Origin: the human T2T-CHM13v2.0 reference genome, Homo sapiens
Reading direction: 5' to 3' (one strand)
Assembly: GCF_009914755.1 (NCBI RefSeq)
Contig: NC_060928.1
DNA: 64,000 nucleotides
Shown: one piece after another, positions 15,001-28,153 of the stretch
Layout of the letters: each line of letters opens with the position of its first letter
Position numbering within the stretch: the stretch's first letter is position 1
Notes under the pieces: generated by a model
Told to the model about the DNA's origin: nothing
Database searches by the model: none
What the model saw: the letters and a program-made list of their open reading frames with translations, nothing else
Made by a program: the position numbers and the translations under genes

Positions 15001-15626
15001 AGCTTCAAGGATGTGTGAGACCATACCAAAAATGTCCAACATTTGTGTAATCAAAGTTCCTAAAAGAGTGTGATTTGAAGAAATAATGGTTGGCAACTAA
15101 ATTTGGTCAAAGACGTAAGCTTTTAAATTTAAGAAGCTGAACAAACCTAAACAGGCTAAAATCAAAGAAATGCATGCCCTGACACATCATAAACTGTTGA
15201 AAACTAAAGAGAGAAAAATATTGAAAGCAAATAGGGAAAAATGCTACATAACATATAATAGAGCAAGTTGAATTACTGCAGATTTAATTGGTATGTTTAG
15301 ACATACCAATGATACATAACATATAATAGAACAAGTTGAATGACTGAAGATTTTCTGTTAGAAACCACAAAGGCCAAAGTAAAGTGGAACACTATTTTTA
15401 AAATAACCAGGGAACATATTATTTATATACGAAGGTAAAAAAATGAAATTCTCAAATAAAAGAAAGCAATAATTCACTGCCAGAAGACTTGCTCTAAAAG
15501 AAATGCTGATAGACAGAAAATTATACCAGAGGAAAACTTGAAACATCAAGAGAAAAAGAAAAGCAACAGTAGTAATACCTGAGTAAATATAATTATTCTC
15601 TTAAGTTCTTTAAAATATGTATAATA

Positions 15627-15933
<307 letters not shown>

Positions 15934-17943
15934 TCAAATATTCTAGCATTGGTAGAGTTTCATTGTATATAGATGTAACACATATGAGAATTGTAAGATA
16001 AAGAGAAGAGGTTAAAAGGACTAAAATGATGGTAAGATTTACCACTTGAAGTAGTAAAATATTAATTCTAAGTAGACTGTGAAAAGTTAAGTATATATAT
16101 TTGAAATGTGTAGAGCAACAGCTAAAGACACCATACAAAGGAATACAGTAAAAACTCAATAGATAAACAAAAATAGAGCACTGAAAATATTCAAATAATT
16201 CAAATAAAATTAGGAAAGGAAAAACAGGAACAAAATGAGGGAAGAAACCTAAAATAAATCATAAAGGGTAGATTTAAATTTCAACGTATAACTAATTATA
16301 TTAAATATAAATGATCTAAACATACAAATTAAATGACAGAGATTGTCATAATGGATTTTTTTTAAATGACCAAAGGATATGCTATCTACAGGTAATACAT
16401 TTTAAATATAATGAAATGAATGTGTTAAAAGTAAAGTGATATACACTAATCATAAGGAAGCTGGAGGGGCCATATTAATATCAGAAATAGTAGACTGTAG
16501 AGCAAGAAAAATTACCAGGGATAAAGAAGAACATTACATAAAGAAAAATGGGTAAGTTCACCATGATGACATAACAAGCATAAAAAAGTGTATGTACCTA
16601 ACAACAAAGTTTCAAAGTACATGAAACAGAATAGAACTGAAAGGAAAAATGGACAATTATAGTTAGGGGCTTCAACACAGCTCCCCCAATAATTGCAAGA
16701 ACAAGTAGATAGAATAGCGGTAAGGATATGGAAAAACTGAACAATGCCATCAGACTTGCTAATTGACATTTATAAAGTGTTCCTCCCTCAAATAGCAGAA
16801 TATACATTCCTTTAAAATCCTCAGGGAGCATTCAGAAAAATAGATGACAGCCAGAGACATAAAACAAACCTAAAAATGATTAAAAGAATTGAAATAATCA
16901 AAAGTAGTTATCTTACCATAATGAGATTTAACTAGAAATCAACAAAAGAAAGATAATTGATAAATCTCTAAATACTAGGAAATTAAACAACCTACTTCTA
17001 AGTGATCTGTGAATCAAAGTCTCAGAGAAAGCAGAAAATATTTTGAAGTGAACAAAATTGAAAATGCAATATATCATAATTCATATGAAGTAGCTAAATC
17101 AGGGCTTAGAGGGAAATATGGAGGATTAAACCCTCATATTAGAAAAGAAAAAAAGAACTGCAATGAGCAATCTAAGCTTCTACCTAAAGAAACTAGAAAA
17201 AGAAGAGCAAAACAAGTCTAAAGCAAGCAGAAAGAAGGAATTTTATAAAGATAAGAGTAGATATCAATGAATTTGAAAACAATAGTGGAGAAAACCAATA
17301 AAATTAAAAATCTGGTTTTTTAAGTATATCAAGAGCTGATAAACCTCTAGCCAGATTGACAAGGAAATATGACATAAATTACCATTGTAAGGCATGAAAG
17401 AGGGCATATCACTATAGTCCCCACAAAAATATAATAAGCAAACACCATCAAGAGCTCTGTGCACATAAATTCAACAATATAGATGAAATGGACCAAATCC
17501 TAGAAAGAAGAGGCTGCCAAAACTCACCCCAAAATATCCCTTTATATCTCAATAAATTCAATGTATAATTAGATCTTTACCAAAAACTCAAAAATCAAAA
17601 CCTAAAAAACTACAGGTTTGGATGGTTTCACTGGTAGAATTCTCTGCCAAACATTTGTGGAAGAAATGACATCAATTCTGTAAGATCTTTTTCAAAAAAC
17701 AAAAGAGGAGGCAACATTTCCCAACTCGTTTTGTGAAGCCAGCATTATCCTGGTTACCAAACCAGACAAAGTTAGTACAGTAAAAGAAAACTGCAGACCA
17801 ATGTCTCTTAGGAACATAGATGCAGAAATCCTTCACAAAATATTAGTACATTGAATTAGGCAATAATAAAAATAATAACAAGTCATGACCGAGTGGATTT
17901 AGGCTTGGAATATAAGGCAGCATTTGAAAATCAGTCAATGTAG

Positions 17944-18248
<305 letters not shown>

Positions 18249-18445
18249 TCAGTCAATGTAATCTATCATATTAACATACCAAAGAAGAAAAAAACCACAC
18301 AATAATATTAACAGATTCAGAAAAAGAAGTTGACAAAATTCAACATACATTCATGATGAAAGCTCTCAACAATCTATGTAGGATTAAAAGGAAACTTCCT
18401 TGACCTGATAAAGAACGTCCACAAAAATCTGCAGCTATGATAGCT

Positions 18446-18636
18446 ATAGACACTGCAGACTACTAGAGGGGGAGGGAGGGAGGGAGGAGGGCATGGATTA
18501 AAAATTACCTGTGGGGTACTATGCTCACTACCTGGATGACAGGATCACTCATACCCCAAACCTCAGTGGCATGCAATATACCCATGTAACAAACTTGTGC
18601 ATATACCCCATATCTAAAATAAAAGTTGAAGAAAAA
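18446..18636 (+). mobile_element. Short 5'-truncated L1PA/PB 3' end nested in older L1
   Basis: gggtactatgctcactacctgg...caatatacccatgtaacaaac...aaataaaagttgaa. Approximate TSD aaaatctgcagcta / gaaacctgtagcta. Confidence 0.8.
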
Positions 18637-18943
18637 GAAACCTGTAGCTAACATCATACTTGATGGTGAAAGACCTAATACCCTCCCTTTAAGACTGGAA
18701 ACAGGGCAAGGATGTTCACGTTTACCATTCCTGTTGAACATGATACTGGAGTTTCTATCCATTGGAATAAGGTAAGAAAAAGAAATGAAAGGCTTACAAG
18801 CTGTAATAAAACTGCCTGTTTGCAAACAACTTGATTGACCATATAGATAATCCCAAGAAATTTACAGAAAAAGTTCCTAGAATGGCATTGCCAGTTAGAT
18901 GCAAGATTGTATAGCCAGTCTGGAAAATAGTTCAGTAGTTTCT

Positions 18944-20497
18944 TAAAATTTATTTTTATTTTTATAGATTTAGGGATGTCAGTGTAGTTGTATTAAATGG
19001 ATATATTGTGTAGTGGTAAAGTCTGGGCTTTTAGTGTAACTGTCACCCAAACAGTGTACATTGTACCCAATAGGCAGTATAATAGGTAGTATAATAGGTA
19101 GTATTTGATCCCTCACTTCCCTTCTACCCTCCTACTCTGAAAGACTCCTTTCAGAGTCTTTAATGTCTGTTATTCCACCCTGCAATAACTTTTTGAGACT
19201 GGCTTCTTTCACTGAGCCTAATGTTAAAATGTATCCACGGGATTAGAAGTGTGTAAGGCACAACATGAAGGAGTTCTTTGGGGTGATAGAGCAATTCCAT
19301 ATCTGATTCTGCTCCCACTTATAACTGTACTATAAATACAGTTTTTGCCTTACTAGTAATTTCACTTAGGATAAGGGCCTCCAGTTCCACCCATGTTGCT
19401 GCTTTTGCATGCAAAAGCATGATTTAATTCTTTTTTATGGCTGAGTAGCATTCCATTTCGTGTGTGTGTGTGTGTGTATCACATTTTTAGTCCAGTTATC
19501 TGTTAATGAACACTTAGGTTGGTTCCATATCTTTCCTCTTGTGAGTAGTGGTGCAATAAACATACAAGTGCAGGTGTCTTTTTGGTAAAATAATTTCTTT
19601 TCCTTTGGGTAGACACCCAGTAGTGGGATTGCTGGATCAAAGGTAGTTCTATATTTAGTTCTTTGAGAAATCACCATACTATTTTCCATAGAGGTTGTAC
19701 TAATTTACATTCCCACAGACAGTGTATAAGCATTTCCTTTTCTCCACATCCTCACAACATCTGTTGATCAGTGATGTTTTTCATATGTCTGTTGGCCTCT
19801 TGCCTGTTTTTTTGAAAAATTTCTGTTCACATCCTTTGTCCACTTTTTAATGGGGTTACTTGTTTCTTTCTTGTTGAGTTATTTGAGTTCCTTGTAGATT
19901 CTGGCTATTAGCCCTCCATTGGATGCATAGTTTGCAAATATTTTCTCCCATTGTGTAGGATGTCTGTTTACCCTGTTGATTATTTCTTTTGCTGTGCAAA
20001 TGCTATTTAGTTTAGTTAAGTCCCATTTGTCTTTTTTTGTTTTTGTTGCATTTCCTTTTGAGGACTTAGTCATAAATTCTTTGCTTTGACCAATGTCCAG
20101 AAGAGTTTTTCCTAGATTTTCTTCTAGGATTTTAATAGTTTCAGGTCTTACATTTAAATCTTTAATCCATCTTGATTTAATTTTTGTATATGGAGTGGGA
20201 TAGGAGTCCAATTCTATTCTTCTACATATTGGCTTTCCAATTTTTCCAGCAGCATTGATTGAATAGGGTGTCCTTTCCCCGTGTTTTATATTTTTGTCAA
20301 CGTTGTCAAAGATTAGTTGGTTGTAGTTATGTGGCTTTATTTCTTGGTTCTCTATTCTGTTCCATTGATTTATGTATGTATTTTGGTACTAGTACCATAC
20401 TATTTTGGTTACTATAGCCTTGTAGTATCATTTGAAGTCAGGTGATGTGATGCCTCCAGAAACTAACAAAGAGTCTGAATAGCCAAAGCAATCCTAC
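18944..20497 (-). mobile_element. 5'-truncated, 5'-inverted L1 (L1PB/L1MA-like) nested in older L1
   Basis: Antisense ORF2 C-terminus (ORFs 19879-20211 ...[22 protein letters not shown] and 19435-19689). 13-bp TSD ttcagtagtttct at 18931-18943 and 20498-20510. Confidence 0.9.
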
Positions 20498-20925
20498 TTC
20501 AGTAGTTTCTGATGAAGTTATATGTATCCTTACCATATGATCCAGCAATCCCATTCCTAGTACTTGCAACAGCATGGATACATTTTAACATTAGGCTCAG
20601 TGGAAGAAGCCAGTCTCAAAAAGTTACATGCTATATGATTCCATTTATATGACACTCTAGAAATGGCAAAATGATAAGGAAAAATAACATACCAGTGGTT
20701 TCCAGGGATTCGAAGTGTGTAAGGCACAACATGAAGCAGTTCTTTGGGGTGATAGAGCAATTCCATATCTGATTCTATCCTGAGTGATGGCAAGGAGGCA
20801 AATCTACACATGTGTTAAAACTTACAGAATCTGTACATCAAAAGAGGCCTCAATTTTGTATATGTTAATTTTCAAAATTATGTTAAAAATATGAGTTTTC
20901 TTGGCAAAAGTGAATGGTACCCGAT

Positions 20926-21360
20926 TTTATTATTCTGTTCTCACATTGCTATAAAGAAATACCTGAGACTGGGTGATTTATAAAGAAAAGAGATTTAATT
21001 GGCTTGTGACTCTGCAGGCTGTAGAGGAAGCATGGCAGGATCTGGTTCTGGTGAGACCTCAGGGAACTTACAGTCATGGCAGAAGGCAAAGAGGGAGCCA
21101 GCATTGTTGGATGGCCAGAGCAGGAGAAACAAAAAGGTCGGGGGGCGGGCTAGGTGCTACACACTGTTAAACAACCAGATCTCAGAATAACTCACTCACT
21201 CACTGTCACAAGAACGGTACCGAGGAGATGGTGTTAACTCATTCATGAGAACTCCACCCCTATGCTCCAGTCACCTCCCACCAGGCCCCACCTCCAACAC
21301 TGGGAATTCATTACAATTTGACATGAGATTTGTGCAGGGACACTGATCCAAACCATATCA
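20926..21360 (-). mobile_element. MST (MaLR) solo LTR
   Basis: ttctcacattgctataaagaaatacctgagactggg...ccaaaccatatca. 5-bp TSD ccgat/ctgat. Confidence 0.9.
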
Positions 21361-21396
21361 CTGATATTCTTGTGATTGCCTATTGATTAACCAGAT

Positions 21397-21951
21397 CAGT
21401 ACTGTCCAGTATAATTTTCTGAGATGATGAAAATGTTCTGTATCTGCTCTGTCCAGCATTGTAAATACTAGCTACATGTAGCTATTGAGCACTTGAAATA
21501 ATATTTTATTATTATTTTAAATGTTATTAGGAACTAACAGTATTAGTTCCTAATTTTCAGTTAATTTAAATTAAATAAAATTAAATATTAGTTCCTCAGA
21601 AAGTTCCATACGACACTATGACATAAACTTTTTCTGCCCTAAGTTCTTCTAATCAATGTCCTAAGAAGACAAGGAAGGAAAAGATGAAAGTAAAAGGAGA
21701 AAAACTGAGAGCTTATGATTTTTTAGTTAAAAATCCAGATTCTAAATATATTGTTAGGTCTTATATTTCAGGTCTTATGTTAGTTCCTCGGGAACTAATA
21801 TTTTAGGCCCGGTCATGCCGAGTTCACCTTTGTGATGAGAATGTTTGGCCAGTATTATTCCTGAGGAACTAATATTTTAATTTTATTTAATTTAGATTAA
21901 CTTATAATTAAATAGCCACACATGCCTAGTAGCTACTCTATTTGACAGCAC
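21397..21951. mobile_element. MER3 (hAT-Charlie) split by a ~360-bp composite insertion (21500-21860)
   Basis: 5' half cagtactgtccagtataattttctgagatgatg...gagcacttgaaat. 3' half ctgaggaactaat...tagccacacatgcctagtagctac...gacagcaca. Confidence 0.85.
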
Positions 21952-23701
21952 AAATATAGATAATTGTATAATCACTGTGATCTTAGAAAACAAATTATGT
22001 TATTTTTATTCATTCAGAGAGATAAAAGAAATTATGACTAGTTTTTACTTTTTTACATCAGGATTTTATGACATTTTCTAGCTTTATAAACAAAAATGCA
22101 TGATCCAACTTCCATGAGGTGATATAGGGAGGTGATACTGAGGATGAGGCTAATGTACATTAAAGATGTTAGTAGGAGAGTAGAAGTTTATGGCTGTGAT
22201 ACGAAAGGTGTAGAGGAGAGCAAAGCCCAAATAATGTTTACTTTTAAGCCAGCGAATATTGGATTGTTTTTGCGTGCTGAAAATAACTATACTTTCACCA
22301 GGCGAACACAACAGTCCGGATACTGTTGTCATTCTTGTCAGTAGGGATAGAGGTGGACATTAGGAGTCTGTCCCCGGATACGGAGGTGTCGGGAAAGCAG
22401 CCCTTGGAAGGTCCCTGCAAACCTCCCTGAACTGGGTGTTCCATTGTGGTGTGCCCCTTCCAACTGGTTCAACTGGGGACTGTGAGAAGTACAAATTCAG
22501 CCTGGTCATGCTGAGTTCAGCTTTGTGATGAGAATGTTTGGCCAGTATTTCTTTACTTTACACTCCGTCTGGACTTAGTTTGGAGCGAATTTTTTTTCCT
22601 TCTTATTCATAGTTTTTTTTTTTTAGAAGTATGGTGATACTTTCTTTTCATGTATGTTTACTTTTCATTCCTCAGTTAATTGGAAGCACCTTGAGGTCAG
22701 AGGTTGATTCTATTGCTATGTCTGCTTTGTAAAAATATGGCAGTCTTTGCCACCTTCATATTTTTTTCCCAATTCCATCTTGCAGGGAAGGAATGCAACC
22801 CACAGAGAGGATAACTCAGTTCTAATTAAATAAGCCAGGGACAAAGTCACTCAGTTTCTCAGCTCTTTGACCTTATAACTAATTCCAGCTAAAAGAGCTC
22901 TAGGACTCAATAGCAGTATATGTTTAAAGCAACAGAAATACTGATGATAGTTTTGAAAACTAATTGGGAAATACCATTTTTAGGGCGTATTTTTAGATGT
23001 AGTTGTTGTTTCCCAAATTGGGGGCATATTTGTCCCAAGGGATTGGGGCCATACACTGGCAGGTTTATACATCCTCAAGATGAATGTGGATGGTCTCCCT
23101 AAAGGGTCAGTTCACTTGTAAATTTGGGAAAGTAATATTGAATGGTGTTCATTGTAAACAAAGTTTTAAACTTTTGTTATTAGGACAATCAGGGTTCTAT
23201 TACAGAGTAGAATGCATAGACTGTATGAATTTCAGGGCGTCTTCACAGTAGAATCTAATTGTTTTTCCTCTGCATATTGGGGGCTTCTGTGGGCCTCCAT
23301 CATTATTCTCTGCAGTTTAAATACTAGATACGAGATAGAAACGTCTGAGATACACTCAGGCATGTTTTAACCCAGTCGGTTGGAAATAAATAGTCTGTAA
23401 ATCCAAATGCTGTGTAATAAAATTGTAATGGAGAAGGGCAACACTTCGTTTTTCTGTGCTGTCTCATCGTTTTCTTATTGTTTAATGTTAAAACAACAAA
23501 TTTAGAATCTGGCTTTTTAACTGAAAAATCATAAGCTCCTCAGTTTTTCCTCGTTTTACTTTCATCTTTTCCTTACGTGTCTTCTTTAGATATTGATTAG
23601 AACAACTTAGGGCAGAAAAATAGTTTATACCACAATGTGGTATGGAAAAAATTAGATATCTGCATACTTCATTTGTAATTTTTTATCCAAAGTGCACCTG
23701 C

Positions 23702-23873
23702 GGCTGGGCGCAGTGGCTGACGTCTGTAATCGCAGCACTTTGGGAGGCCGAGGCAGGGGAATCACTCGAACCCAGGAGGTAGAGAGGGTGCAGTGAGCCA
23801 AGATTGCACCAGTGCACCCCAGCCTGGGCAACAGAGTGAGACTCTGTCTCAAACAAAACAAAACAACAAAACG
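23702..23873 (+). mobile_element. Monomeric Alu (FRAM-like or arm-recombined)
   Basis: Alu 5' end runs directly into right-arm sequence. TSD caaagtgca(c/t)ctg. Confidence 0.85.
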
Positions 23874-25693
23874 CAAAGTGCATCTGGAAAAGCCTTACAG
23901 TTGACTTTTCTTTCGATATATTTTACAAGGTGTTGTGGAGTAATGGAGGGACACCTGCACTGAGAATCAGGGGACCTGAGTGCTAGTTCTGGTTTTGCTA
24001 GTAAATCTTTGCAACCTGGGCAAGTCACCTTCCCACTTTGGGCTCTAGGATTATATACGATTAAGTGATGATGTACTAGATGTTTTTCTGTGTCTCCTCC
24101 AGCTCTTACCTGCACTTATTCAGTATTCCCAATCCTATGAGAATTGACTTTTGAGAATTTAAGTAACAGAATAGCCATGTTCTTCACTTCATGTTCATAG
24201 TGTTGCTCTCTAATACTTGTAAGAACACCAAGTGTATTTTTTAAAAGTATTTCGTTTCCTTACATATACAGTGCAAGGAAATCTTACCCAATTTAATTGA
24301 AATGGTTTCTTCCACCACTTAGTCAATCCTGGGCTATAAAGGCCCTAAAAATGTAGGAACTTTCTGTTTTCCAAACTGCTTTTGTTGAGTTTTTAATTTG
24401 TGTCTTTTTTTAAAAAAATCAATTTTATGCAACTAAGAAAGTATAATCTGTTATTGGTGCCCAGGGTTTTTGTTTAGAGAATTTCTCCTCTTCCCTTTAT
24501 TTCTCAGTTTGTGCTAGTATTCTACCCTGGGCACTACTCCAAATGTCAGGCTACTGCTATAGCACAGATAGTCTTTTCGATAGATTCTGGGGAGGTAGTG
24601 TTAGGTGCGTTGTGAAACTCATGCATTTCTGATAGCATTGCAGTATTTCATGTTGGAAATGTTGGATAGTACTTTTGTGAAACAGAAAAGTTATCTCACG
24701 TCTCTCTGCTTCTCTCTGTTCCCTGGTTAAGCACTCTTTACATTTTGTTCACTCTCTCACAGTAGGCTTTTACCTTGCCTCAGTAATTATCTTTTCCTTT
24801 GGATGCATCCTATACCCTGTTGCCTGCATAACCTAAACATTCAGCATGAGGAACATCTCCCCTGTAGAAACCTTTAATGCCATTCTCCAGGTATTTAATG
24901 TTATCTTTATCCCAGCCTGACTGACTCTTTGGCCTTGTTGCTACCAATCTCCTTCATAGATCCCTCCAACCCAGCCATGCTGAATCTACCACCAGCCATT
25001 CTCCAAAACATCTTAGACTGTCTAACCACATCGTCTCTGTTCATACTGCCTTGCTGCCTGGAAAGACACTCTCATCTTGCCTCTCCCCACCCCTTTACTC
25101 GCCCATCCTGTGTGGCTGCCTCAGTGCCTCTTCCTTCCTGAAGCACCTCTCAGTTCCCTCCATGCTTCCTTGATGGCGCTTTTCTCATATCAGAAATAAC
25201 CATCTTTCTTTGCTCTCCTGGTCCTCTTTCCCTCTTTGCCTTGAATGACATAGATGCTGATGTTGAACAATGAATATAGGAGCGGTACTCATTCATCGTT
25301 ACTGTGACCTCAGCCACATGCTAGGATCTCACGTGCTGTGTTTTATAAGTGTGTTTTGAGTCGAAAGGAGGTTTAGTGGAATATTGTCACAGACTAGGAT
25401 TGTTTTCTCCCCGACTGGTGCAGTCTTGAAAAAGGAAGAGAATCTTGACACCGCAGACTTCTGAGTTGTGATAGGAGGCCAAGAAGTCCCTGGGGGAAGC
25501 CGCGTCTGACCATATTGTCAGCATCCCTTCCCTCCTGGGAGTTGCCATGAGCTTATAAATGTTTTTGGAGAATGGAGGTGTCAGGCTTCTTTGGGAGGAG
25601 ACTTACTAAGGGCCATCTAGCAAATGCTGAGTGAAACTCATTGCAAATATAAAGTGGGCCATTTTCCTATCCATTAAAGACTGTTCTTTAAAT

Positions 25694-25855
25694 TTTTTTT
25701 AATTGATTAATTTTTAGAGAAGGATCTTGCTCTCTTTCCCAGGCTGAAGTGCAGTGGTGCAATCATAGCTCACTGCAGCCTTGAACTCCTGCCCTCAAGT
25801 GATATTCCTGCCTCCCAAAGTGCTGGGATTACAGGCATGAGCCACCGTGCGCCAT
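25694..25855 (-). mobile_element. Monomeric Alu (FRAM/AluJ-like)
   Basis: caatcatagctcactgcagccttgaactcctg joined to ctcccaaagtgctgggattacagg. Confidence 0.8.
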
Positions 25856-27303
25856 GTTCTGAATCTGACCTTGGGCCACCCCTCTTGCCTTCTCTTCCTC
25901 TACTTCCCAGTAATGAACCCTCAGCCCCAGGCAGGCCTGCCTGCCTTATGATCCCCACCTCCCTCCCATCCACACCTCCACACCTTGTCCATGCTTCCTC
26001 CCTGCAGGTCAGTCCTCTCCTTCCTTCAGCATAGATTTAGGGTCTGCTGTTGGCTAGCCACTTTCAGGGATATACCTGTAAACACAAAACATGCAAAAAG
26101 TATCCCTGCTCATGGAGCTTATGTTATGACATATGGGCTGTGCTTTCTCTTTTCTTTCACCTGTCCAGATTCTAGAACAAGTTGGCCTTTCCGTGGAAGC
26201 CATTGCTGACTGTTTCGACCCCGGTTCTTTTCTTCAAAATTCTTGGGGGCACTGGTTACCTGTTCCTCCCCTTTGAAATACACTGCCTTGTATTTTTGCA
26301 CTTTTTATATGTGAGTATCTTACCTCCTCAAGTACATTTGAAGCTTCTTGAGGGCAGACACCATGTCATTTGTCCATGAGAGAGTGTGCACCAAGGTTTG
26401 TATACTCCATATGTACACAACCTTAAAGATTAAAATTTAAATTCCTGAACTGACCATAGGACTTTGCAGTTAGGCACCTGATAAATATTTTTAATTGATT
26501 TAATGGTATTTATTGCTGTCTGCTTTTTCAAGTGGAGCAGCTCTAAGAGCATGCGAGACCATTAGCCATCAAGCGTTTATTAAGATCCTCCCCGTGTCCC
26601 TATGTGACGCTGCTATTTAATCTGCTGCCAAGGACGCAGGCGAGTGCCAAGCACAGCCTCTGCCCACACTTCATCAACTGAGCAAATCACCTCTGCGGTC
26701 CTCTGTGTGATGTTCGTAAAGCTTTACTGTAACACCGAAGCTGTTATCCAAAGATGTAAGAGGCACGGGGCCAGGAGGAGGACTGCTAATGATGGCTGCA
26801 TGTGATTCTTGAGCTCATCTTGCCATCAGACGCCGAGATTTAAAGCATCAGCAGACCGTTCTTGTCTTTGTTTCTCAGTGGAGGCCAATGGTGTCCATTA
26901 TGAAACCCACCGTACTCTCGGTAGGGCAGCAAGATGAGCTTGTGGTGGTTTTGCCTGACCGTGTATATTCTTTTCCATGGTCCTTCAATAAAAGTCTACT
27001 CAGGGGCAGTCGTTAGGGGTCATAGACCCCAGCAGAAGCAACTTCTACGGGAGACCCCACTTGTGACCTTGACCTCATTGGTCCATGTGCCAAGTAAGCA
27101 GATTGTGTTCAATCTAAATTTAAAAATTGACATATAGGTTTTGACATTTTTTTGTTTACAGTGGCTTTTTTATTTTAATTATCAAGAGGTAACACGTGTT
27201 GTTGAAAGAACAGACTTTCAACAGCAATGGTTGTTGAAGATGATTCATGTAGGAAGTCTGTAGAACAGCATACATAAACGTGTAAAAGGTAAAATTGACT
27301 TTC

Positions 27304-27470
27304 AGTGGCTGAAAGAACAGACTCGAGAGCCAGCTGCCTTGGGTTGAAATCCCATCTCTGCCGTTCACCAGCTCTGTGAGCTTCAGGAAGAGAGTTCCCC
27401 TCTTTAAGTGGGGCTCACACCAGTACTTAACTTTCAGAGTCCTTGTGAAGATGATGTGAGTTTCTAAGTA
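27304..27470 (+). mobile_element. MIR
   Basis: ctgccttgggttgaaatcccatctctgccgttcaccagctctgtgagctt. Confidence 0.7.
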
Positions 27471-27479
27471 CAGACATAC

Positions 27480-28153
27480 TAGGCCCATATATAGATGAAA
27501 ACATGCATGCTTGGATATTAGAAATTATGACTACATTTTTATTTGTACATTCTCATCCCTTCGAGTATTTGGATTTTTTTTCTTTCTCCACATATTTAAC
27601 CTTTCATAGATCATAGAAGAAACTTGTGTCTTTAACTGTCAGGAGGTGGTACAGTGACCCAGGGCTTCCCAGAAGGCTCTTACACTGCCAGGACTACAGA
27701 TATGTCTGTTTAGATATGAATTTGTAATACATTTGTTATATGCTTCCATCATTGCATTCTTAAGGTGCGTGTGCTTATTAGGCACCCTGTCTGACCTTAC
27801 AGTGATCAGACCACGCCCGACAGGAATGGGCTGGATTACATGGGTTTGGGTGGATTTATATCCAACAACACAGCCAGACTTAAAGAGGTTTGATGAAAGG
27901 CGAGTGGCTTTGTTTGGAGGCGCTGGTGCTGGGCCCTAGGCTCAGTCTGTGGCATGCATGAGAAGCTAGTGGCTTATCAACGAGGAGAGAAAATCATACC
28001 CTAGAAGGGAAAATCAAGACCGTATTTGGTTAAGTATGTGGAGAAAGAAAAAAAAAACAAATACTTGAAGAAAAGGGATGAGAATGTATAAATAAAAATG
28101 TAGTCATAATTTCTAATATCCAAACATGTATGTTTTCATCTGTATATGGCCTA
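27480..28153. repeat. ~125-bp inverted repeat (arms 27480-27601 and 28028-28153, ~425-bp spacer)
   Basis: Includes a 34-bp perfect run ttggatattagaaattatgactacatttttattt and its reverse complement. Confidence 0.95.

Noticed and set aside
19435-20211. ORFs resembling the L1 ORF2 C-terminus
   Set aside because: Broken remnants of a truncated L1, not a functional gene.
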